A DNA stretch of 64,000 nt from an uncultured Verrucomicrobiae bacterium (lineage in GTDB: Bacteria > Verrucomicrobiota > Verrucomicrobiia > Chthoniobacterales > JAATET01): NCBI GenBank assembly GCA_963719495.1, contig CAVRCI010000002.1, positions 352,001 through 416,000 of the forward strand, read 5' to 3'. Each line of letters begins with the position of its first letter. Position 1 is the first letter of the stretch. The notes under the pieces are model-generated. The model had not been told where the DNA came from. It was given only the letters and a program-made list of their open reading frames with translations, and did no database searches. A program made the position numbers and the translations under genes. Positions 57,431 to 64,000 of the stretch are shown in pieces.

Positions 57431-58308
57431 GGGGCGAGGAGGCCGTAGTCGCCGAGCACGGCGCGCAGGCGGTCGAGATGGGCGTCGGAGAGGGCGCAGA
57501 GGGGGAGGCGGACGTCGGCGGCCATGCGGCCTTGCAGGGAGAGCGCGGTTTTTACGGGGACCGGGTTGGTCTCGATGAAGAGCTCTTTGAAGAGGCGGTA
57601 GAATTGCGCGTGGAGGCGGTTGGCTTCGTCGGGTCTGCCGTCGCGCCAGGCCTGGACGAGCTGGGTGACCTCGCGGGGGATGAGGTTCGACGCGACGCTG
57701 ATCACGCCGACGGCTCCGACCGAGAGGAAGGGGAGGGTGAGCGAGTCGTCGCCGGAAATGATTTCGAACTCGGCGGACAGCGCGTGGCGGAGGGCGCTCA
57801 CGCGCTCCACCGATCCACCGGCTTCCTTGATGGCCCGGATGTTTGGGCAATCGGCGGCGAGGCGGACGACGGTGTCGACTTCGATCTCGATGCCGCAACG
57901 GCCGGGGATGCTGTAGAGAATGAGCGGGAGGTCGGTGGCTTCGGCGATGGCGCGGTAGTGCCGGTAGAGGCCTTCCTGCGAGGGCTTGTTGTAGTAGGGC
58001 GCGACGAGGAGGGCGGCGCTGGCTCCGATGCGTTCGGCCTCGCGGGTGAGCGAGATCGCTTCGGTGGTGGAATTCGATCCCGTGCCGGCGATCACGTGGC
58101 AGCGACCGGCGGCGGCTTCGACGGCAATGCGAATCGCCTCGTTGTGCTCGTCGTGCGGGAGGGTGGGGGATTCCCCGGTGGTGCCGACGGGGGCGACGCC
58201 CTGGACGCCTCCGTCGATTTGGAAATTGATCAGGTCGCGGAACGCGTCCGCGTCGATGCGGTCGTCGCGAAACGGGGTGACGAGCGCTGTGTGGGTGCCT
58301 TCGAACAT
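57427..58308 (-). CDS. dapA: 4-hydroxy-tetrahydrodipicolinate synthase
   Basis: ALVTPF, GTTGESPTL, PYYNKP, IKEA, SGDD, ETNPVPVK. Confidence 0.97.
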   Translation of the reverse strand: MFEGTHTALVTPFRDDRIDADAFRDLINFQIDGGVQGVAPVGTTGESPTLPHDEHNEAIRIAVEAAAGRCHVIAGTGSNSTTEAISLTREAERIGASAALLVAPYYNKPSQEGLYRHYRAIAEATDLPLILYSIPGRCGIEIEVDTVVRLAADCPNIRAIKEAGGSVERVSALRHALSAEFEIISGDDSLTLPFLSVGAVGVISVASNLIPREVTQLVQAWRDGRPDEANRLHAQFYRLFKELFIETNPVPVKTALSLQGRMAADVRLPLCALSDAHLDRLRAVLGDYGLLAP

Positions 58309-58324
58309 CGTGCGCGGAAATTAA

Positions 58325-59152
58325 TCAAAGCGTGATGCGACCGTCGAAGACGAAATCCGCGGGGCCGGTGAGCGTGACGTTGGCGAACGTGTCTGGGGCG
58401 GTCTTGGTGAACCCAACCGTGAGCGTGTCGCCGCCGCGGACCCGCACCGGGATCGGGGACACGGCGTCGGTGACGAGGTGGTGAACGAGCGCGCCGGCGA
58501 CAACGCCGGTGCCGCAGGCGAGGGTTTCGTCCTCGACGCCGCGTTCGAACGTGCGGATCGCGATACCGTTGCCGGTGCCGTCGGGATCGACCTGCGCGAA
58601 ATTCACGTTCGTCCCGGCGGGGGCAAAGTGTTCGTGGCGGCGGAGGCCGGAGCCGATGCGGACGACGTCGGTGGTCTCGACGTCCTGGACGAAGACGACC
58701 GCGTGGGGGACGCCGGTGTTGAGGAAGTGGACGGACGCGAAGGCCCCGTCGACGGTGAGGTCGACCGGGTCGGCGAGGGAATGGGGGACGCTCATGGCGA
58801 GTTCGACGTTCTCGCCGAGGAGACGGGCTGAGATCACGCCGGCGATGGTCTCGAAGGAGACGCCATCCGGGGAGGTGGCGTCGAGTCGGGCGGCGTAGCG
58901 GGCGAAGCAGCGGGCGCCATTGCCGCACATCTCGGCTTCGCCGCCGTCGGCGTTGTAGTAACGCATGCGGTGGGTCGCGCCGTTCTCGGCGGGTTCGACG
59001 GCGAGCAATCCGTCGGCCCCGACGCCGCGGTGGCGGTCGCAGAGGCGGGCGATGGTGGCCGGGTCGAGGACGTCGGAGAGCGAGCCGTCGCGGTTGTCGA
59101 CGAGAATGAAGTCGTTGCCGGCTCCGTTCATTTTGGTGAAGGCGAGTTCCAT
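58325..59152 (-). CDS. dapF: Diaminopimelate epimerase
   Basis: GAGNDF, GADG, EMCGNGARC, GVPH, ERGV, TLACGTG. Confidence 0.97.
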   Translation of the reverse strand: MELAFTKMNGAGNDFILVDNRDGSLSDVLDPATIARLCDRHRGVGADGLLAVEPAENGATHRMRYYNADGGEAEMCGNGARCFARYAARLDATSPDGVSFETIAGVISARLLGENVELAMSVPHSLADPVDLTVDGAFASVHFLNTGVPHAVVFVQDVETTDVVRIGSGLRRHEHFAPAGTNVNFAQVDPDGTGNGIAIRTFERGVEDETLACGTGVVAGALVHHLVTDAVSPIPVRVRGGDTLTVGFTKTAPDTFANVTLTGPADFVFDGRITL

Positions 59153-59384
59153 GGTTTGTGTCGTGGGAGGTTGAGCTTAGACGATGTGCGGGGATCGGCA
59201 GGTCTTTTCTTTTCGGGCGCGCTGGGTGGTTCGGATGAGGGAAGTGCCGCCTTCGGCGGGTTGGTGACGAGTCTCGGGCGGGACGCCCTCGACGGCAGGC
59301 GGGACGCCCGCCGCTCCCCCTGAGTCGGCGAGAGTCCGTTTTGGCTTGAGGGTGGGTGGGGTGGGCGCATTGACTTGCGGGGCA

Positions 59385-60134
59385 ATGAAGGACATGGCTT
59401 TTGGGGAGACGCGGACTCGGGTTGGATTGCGACACGCGCTGATCGCGCCCGATGGGCTGGTGCCGAGCGTCGTGCCGGGATTCAGCGGGGCGGTGGTGAA
59501 CGTGATTCTGTCGCCGGCGATGGGGGCGGGACTCACGCAATTGCTGGTGACGTTCGAGGCCGGGGGACGGGCGGAGTTCGATTCCGAGGACGTGGAGTCG
59601 GCGGTTTACGTGATGGCGGGCGGTTGCTCGGTGCGGATCGGGGACGGTGCGGATGAGCTGGCGGCGGGTGGTTTTGCCTTCGTTCCGGCGGGGACTCCGT
59701 GGGAGCTGCGGGACGCGGAGGCGGGGACGCGGGTGACGATTTTTCAGAAGGATTTCGAGGAGATGGAGGGCGCGGCTCGACCGAAGCCGGTGGTGGGGAA
59801 CGCGGCGGACGTGGAGGGCGTGCCGTTTCTCGGCGATCCGGATGCGCGTCTGCAGGTGCTGTTGCCGGAGGGGATGGAATACGACTTTGCGATGAACGTG
59901 TTCACGTATCAGCCGGGGGGGCGGCTGCCGTTCGTCGAGACGCACATCATGGAGCACGGGCTGATGATGCTGGCGGGCGAGGGGGTGTATCGGCTCGAGG
60001 ATTCGTGGTATCCGGTGCGGGCGGGAGACGCGATCTGGATGGCGCCGTATTGCCCGCAGTGGTTCGTGGCGATGGGGAAGGGGCCGTCGAGTTACGTGTA
60101 TTGCAAGGACGTGAACCGGAACCCGATGGGCTGA
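59385..60134 (+). CDS. allE: (S)-ureidoglycine aminohydrolase (bicupin)
   Basis: PFVETHIMEHGL, GVYRL, AGDAIWMAPYCPQ, KDVNR. Confidence 0.92.
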   Translation: MKDMAFGETRTRVGLRHALIAPDGLVPSVVPGFSGAVVNVILSPAMGAGLTQLLVTFEAGGRAEFDSEDVESAVYVMAGGCSVRIGDGADELAAGGFAFVPAGTPWELRDAEAGTRVTIFQKDFEEMEGAARPKPVVGNAADVEGVPFLGDPDARLQVLLPEGMEYDFAMNVFTYQPGGRLPFVETHIMEHGLMMLAGEGVYRLEDSWYPVRAGDAIWMAPYCPQWFVAMGKGPSSYVYCKDVNRNPMG

Positions 60135-60161
60135 CGGCGGCGGGAATCGGGGGGAATTGAA

Positions 60162-61382
60162 ATGAATCGGCTGGACGCGGAAATCGAGGAATTGGCGAGG
60201 ATTTCGTCGTGGGAGGCTCCAGCCATCACGCGGGTGCTCTTTTCGAAGGAGGATCTGGAGGCGCGGGCCTGGTTGGTCGGGAAATTCGAGGCGGCGGGGC
60301 TCGTGGTGCGGACCGACGCGGTGGGGAACATTTTTGCGACGTGGGTCGGGAGCGAACCGGACCTTTCGGCGGTGGCGACGGGGTCGCACATCGACGCGAT
60401 TCCGAATGCGGGGCGCTTCGACGGAGTCGTGGGCGTGCTCGGCGGTTTGGAGGCGGTGCGGCGTTTGCGGGAGGCGGGATATCAGCCGCGGCGCTCGATC
60501 GAAATCGTGATGTTTACGGCCGAGGAGCCGACGCGCTTCGGACTTGGGTGTTTGGGGAGTCGGCTGCTGGCCGGGACGCTGGCCGTCGAGCGGGCGGCGC
60601 GATTGACGGACGAAGCGGGGAATTCGCTCGAAGCGCTGCGGCGGGATGCTGGGTGTGCGGGCGGTCTGGCCGACGTGCGGCTCGGGGAGGGTTTTTACGA
60701 GGCGTTCGTGGAGTTGCACATCGAGCAGGGCCCGATCCTGGAGCGCGAGGGCGTCGCGATCGGCGCCGTGGAAAAGATCGCGGCACCGGCGGCGTTCCGG
60801 GTTCGGATCGAGGGTGAGGGGGGGCACGCCGGGGCGGTGCTCATGCCGGTGCGCAAGGACGCGGGGTGCGCGGCGGCGGAGATCACGCTGGCGGTCGAGC
60901 GGGCGGCGAAGGAGTCGGGGAATGCCGACACGGTGGGGACGACGGGCGTCTTGCGGCTTGAACCGGGCGCGATCAATAGCGTGCCGGTGCGCGCGACGCT
61001 GGAGATCGATCTGCGGGACACGGATTTGGAAACCCGCGACGGCGCGGAGGCGGCGATTCGGGCGGCGGTCGCGGACGTGGCGGCGCGGCGGGGAGTGGAG
61101 ATCTCGGTCGAGACGATCAACTCGGATCCGCCGGCGATTTGCGACGCGGGCTTGGTGCAGTCGATCGTCGCGGTAGCGGACGCGGAGGGGCTGACGTCGA
61201 TGCGGATGATCAGCCGGGCCTACCACGACTCGCTCTTCATGGCGCAGGTGTGCCCGACGGCGATGGTGTTCATCCCGTGCCGGAATGGATGGAGTCATCG
61301 ACCGGACGAGTTCGCGGCCTCGGAGGCGATCGACGCGGGCGTGCGGGTGCTTGCGGGGGTTCTGAGGGAATACAGTGGGTGA
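60162..61382 (+). CDS. M20 amidohydrolase, ureidoglycolate amidohydrolase-like
   Basis: GSHID, DGVVGV, EEPTRF, ELHIEQG, GHAG, ISRAYHDSLFM, SHRPDE. Confidence 0.85.
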   Translation: MNRLDAEIEELARISSWEAPAITRVLFSKEDLEARAWLVGKFEAAGLVVRTDAVGNIFATWVGSEPDLSAVATGSHIDAIPNAGRFDGVVGVLGGLEAVRRLREAGYQPRRSIEIVMFTAEEPTRFGLGCLGSRLLAGTLAVERAARLTDEAGNSLEALRRDAGCAGGLADVRLGEGFYEAFVELHIEQGPILEREGVAIGAVEKIAAPAAFRVRIEGEGGHAGAVLMPVRKDAGCAAAEITLAVERAAKESGNADTVGTTGVLRLEPGAINSVPVRATLEIDLRDTDLETRDGAEAAIRAAVADVAARRGVEISVETINSDPPAICDAGLVQSIVAVADAEGLTSMRMISRAYHDSLFMAQVCPTAMVFIPCRNGWSHRPDEFAASEAIDAGVRVLAGVLREYSG

Positions 61383-61635
61383 AAACCACGGATTGATCCG
61401 GATGACACAGATGGTAGTCGTTGGATGGCAGGCCCGGCCCGGCGGGAACGTGACGCTTCGGACCGTGGGCGGGGAGGTTGGCTGGTTGGCGTCGACAGGG
61501 CTGAATTGGTTGCCTGGGAATTCTGACGTTGAACGTCGGCGCCCGCGGCTTCGTGGCTGGCTGGGGGTGAAAATTTGCCGACGCTGAGGCGTTGCGGGCC
61601 GTTGGCATCGGGCGTGCTCGCGGTATAGTCGAACC

Positions 61636-64000
61636 ATGCCGGAAGTATTGATCGCGGGGGCCGTCGAGCCATTTGAGCTGACCGTGAACGGTCGGAATAC
61701 AACGGTGAACGGGGTGTCGGCGGAGACCACTCTGCTGGAATGGCTGCGCGAGAATCGGGGGCTGACCGGGACGAAGATGGGCTGCGCCGAAGGAGATTGC
61801 GGAGCGTGCACGGTGTCGCTCGTCGACGCGGACGCGGGGGGGAAGCGGGTCGTGCGGTCGATCAATTCCTGCATCGCGTTGGTGGCGACTCTGGCTGGCC
61901 GCGAGATTCTCACCGTCGAGGGGCTGGCGGGCGCGGGCGGAGAATTGCATCCGGTTCAGTCGGCGATGGTGGAGTGCAATGGGTCGCAGTGCGGGTTCTG
62001 CACGCCGGGGTTCGTGATGTCGCTTTACGAGGGGTATGAGCGGGGGATTCTCGGCGATCCCTCGAAGGTGGCGGATCAGCTCAATGGAAACCTTTGCCGG
62101 TGCACGGGGTATCGGTCGATCGCGGAGGCTGCGGTGGTGGCGGGTGAGGGAAGTGCGGCTCCGCCGGTTGGGTCGGGTCCCGGGCTGGAAGCCCGGGACG
62201 GCGAGCTGGAAGCTCGCGCTCCCCAGCTTTCGCTGGCGCGGCTTTTGGAGATTCGGGCGGCGCATCCGGAGGCGGTGCTGGTGGCGGGGGCGACGGAGGT
62301 AGGCGTTGAGGTGACGAAGCGGTTTCGGCGGCTGCCGATGGTGGTGTCGCTGGACGGTGTCGCGGAGTTGAAGGGGTGCGCGCGGACGGCGGATGGGTGG
62401 CGGATCGGGGCCGGGGCGACGCTCACGGAGGTGGAGGATTTTTTGGCGGGCGAGTTGCCTGTCTTCGACGAGGTGCTGCGGTGGTTCGCCTCGCGGCAGA
62501 TTCGGAACCGGGCGACGCTGGGGGGAAACCTGGTGACCGGGTCGCCAATCGGGGACACGGCTCCGGTGCTGCTGGCGCTCGGCGCTTCGGTCGAGTTGGC
62601 GTGTGTGCGGGGCACGCGCGTCGTGGCGCTCGCGGAATTTTTCCTGGGATACCGTCAGACCGCCCTCGCGCTGGACGAGGTGATGACGGCGGTGCTGGTG
62701 CCGCGGCTGGCCAACGGGGCGGTGGCGGAGTTCGCAAAAATTTCGAAGCGGCGCGAGATGGACATCTCGATCGTGTCGGCAGCCTTCGTCCGAACGGAGG
62801 ATCGGGTCCGCTGCGCTTTTGGCGGCGTCGCCGCGACCCCGGTGCTGTGCGAGGTCAACTGGACGCCGGGCAGCGACCCCGAGCCGGTCGCCGCGGAACT
62901 TACCCGACGCTTCGACCCCCTGACGGACGCCCGCGGATCGGCCGCCTACCGCCGCAGCCTCGTCGCGGACATCTGGCGGAAATTCTGCGAAGGCGGCATG
63001 GCCGCGCTCCACCATTCACCATTCACGGCTCACCATTCACCAACCGAAGCTCTCCCCCACGAGTCGGCGATCGGCCACGTAACCGGAGCGGCGAAATACG
63101 TGGACGACATCGCGCTCTCGCGCGGGACGCTGACGATGTGGCCGGTCTGCTCCGAGCACGCCCACGCGCGGATCCTGAGTCTGGACGTGTCGGCTGCCGA
63201 GACGATGCCCGGGGTGTCCGTGGTGCTGACGGCGGCGGACGTGCCGGGGGTGAACGACGTGGGTTGCTCGCGGCCCGACGAGACGCTGCTCGCGAGCGAA
63301 ATTGTGGAATTTCACGGCCACCTCGTGGCGATGGTGATCGGGGAATCCGAGGCGGCTTGCCGGGCGGCGGCGAAGGCGGTCGTCGTGGAATACGAACCCT
63401 TGCGGCCAATTCTCACCATCGCCGAAGCGCGGGAGGCGGAGAGTTTTCACACCGATTCGAACGCGATCCGGCGCGGCGACGCGGCGTCAACGGTCGCGGG
63501 GGCGGCCCGGCGATTGGAGGGGGAATTTTCTCTCGGAGGGCAGGATCATTTTTACCTTGAGACGCAGGCCGCGTGGGCGGAAGTGACGCCGGACGGCGGG
63601 ATTCACGTGTGCTCTTCGACGCAGCATCCGACCGAAATTCAGATCATCGTGGCGCGGGTGCTGGGTCTTTCGCGCAACGACGTGGTCGTGGAAGCGCCTC
63701 GGATGGGCGGCGGCTTCGGCGGCAAGGAAACGCAGGGGAACACGTGGGCGGCGCTGGCGGCATGGGGTGCCGTGAAGACCGGGCGGCCGGTGCGGGTGAT
63801 GCTCGACCGCGATCTTGATCTTCGACTGAACGGCAAACGGCATCCGTTCTGGTCGCGATTCGAGGTGGGGTTCGACGACGAGGGCGTGCTGGTCGGTGCG
63901 ACGGTGGAATTGATTTCCAACGGCGGGTGGTCGCTCGACCTGTCGATGCCGATTCTCGACCGGGCGCTGTTTCACTTGGATAACGCGTATTACGTGCCGG
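61636..64000 (+). CDS. Xanthine dehydrogenase, XdhA (2Fe-2S + FAD) fused to XdhB (Moco); runs off window end
   Basis: One frame: GTKMGCAEGDCGAC, SQCGFCTPG, GNLCRCTGY, QIRNRATLGGN, then PHESAIGHVTGAAKYVDD, QDHFYLE, RMGGGFGGKE. Confidence 0.93.
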   Translation, partial: MPEVLIAGAVEPFELTVNGRNTTVNGVSAETTLLEWLRENRGLTGTKMGCAEGDCGACTVSLVDADAGGKRVVRSINSCIALVATLAGREILTVEGLAGAGGELHPVQSAMVECNGSQCGFCTPGFVMSLYEGYERGILGDPSKVADQLNGNLCRCTGYRSIAEAAVVAGEGSAAPPVGSGPGLEARDGELEARAPQLSLARLLEIRAAHPEAVLVAGATEVGVEVTKRFRRLPMVVSLDGVAELKGCARTADGWRIGAGATLTEVEDFLAGELPVFDEVLRWFASRQIRNRATLGGNLVTGSPIGDTAPVLLALGASVELACVRGTRVVALAEFFLGYRQTALALDEVMTAVLVPRLANGAVAEFAKISKRREMDISIVSAAFVRTEDRVRCAFGGVAATPVLCEVNWTPGSDPEPVAAELTRRFDPLTDARGSAAYRRSLVADIWRKFCEGGMAALHHSPFTAHHSPTEALPHESAIGHVTGAAKYVDDIALSRGTLTMWPVCSEHAHARILSLDVSAAETMPGVSVVLTAADVPGVNDVGCSRPDETLLASEIVEFHGHLVAMVIGESEAACRAAAKAVVVEYEPLRPILTIAEAREAESFHTDSNAIRRGDAASTVAGAARRLEGEFSLGGQDHFYLETQAAWAEVTPDGGIHVCSSTQHPTEIQIIVARVLGLSRNDVVVEAPRMGGGFGGKETQGNTWAALAAWGAVKTGRPVRVMLDRDLDLRLNGKRHPFWSRFEVGFDDEGVLVGATVELISNGGWSLDLSMPILDRALFHLDNAYYVP

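Noticed and set aside
61383..61635. Purine or xanthine riboswitch upstream of xdh
   Set aside because: No recognisable aptamer consensus, and a -10 box lies 6 nt from the ATG, leaving no leader.

Overview
GC-rich bacterial chromosome segment, almost certainly Verrucomicrobiota (PVC-signature small basic protein at 15868-16023; Chthoniobacterales-like by impression). Most of it is housekeeping: partial DAHP synthase, murA, rpmE-prfA-prmC, pseudouridine synthase, ppgK, tatD, queA, def, exbBD, topB, dprA, dapF-dapA-dapB-folK-panB. Accessory modules are a TerB/FHA-like ABC exporter fusion, a LysR-controlled DabAB inorganic-carbon pump, a type II secretion cluster (G-H-I-J-K-L-M-C?-D-E-F), and purine catabolism genes. 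The latter are UGlyAH, a plant-type ureidoglycolate amidohydrolase and a single-chain XdhA-XdhB fusion that runs off the window end. No rRNA, tRNA, CRISPR array or intact transposase was seen. The least expected signal is non-coding. Several families of short palindromic or tandem repeats are present: GGAG/GTAG REP-like hairpins with covarying stems and a strong strand bias, 7-mer tracts, and 9/10-mer inverted-repeat elements. They repeatedly sit in frame inside genes (xdh linkers, prmC, the gspJ leader, N-termini of secreted proteins, the dabA and lysR C-termini). Also notable are a perfect 50-bp palindrome, a hidden VapC/PIN remnant, a candidate ~55-nt sRNA, and many genes with a -10 box only 5-9 nt upstream of the start codon (leaderless-type). 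All calls come from motif recognition only; no database search was run.
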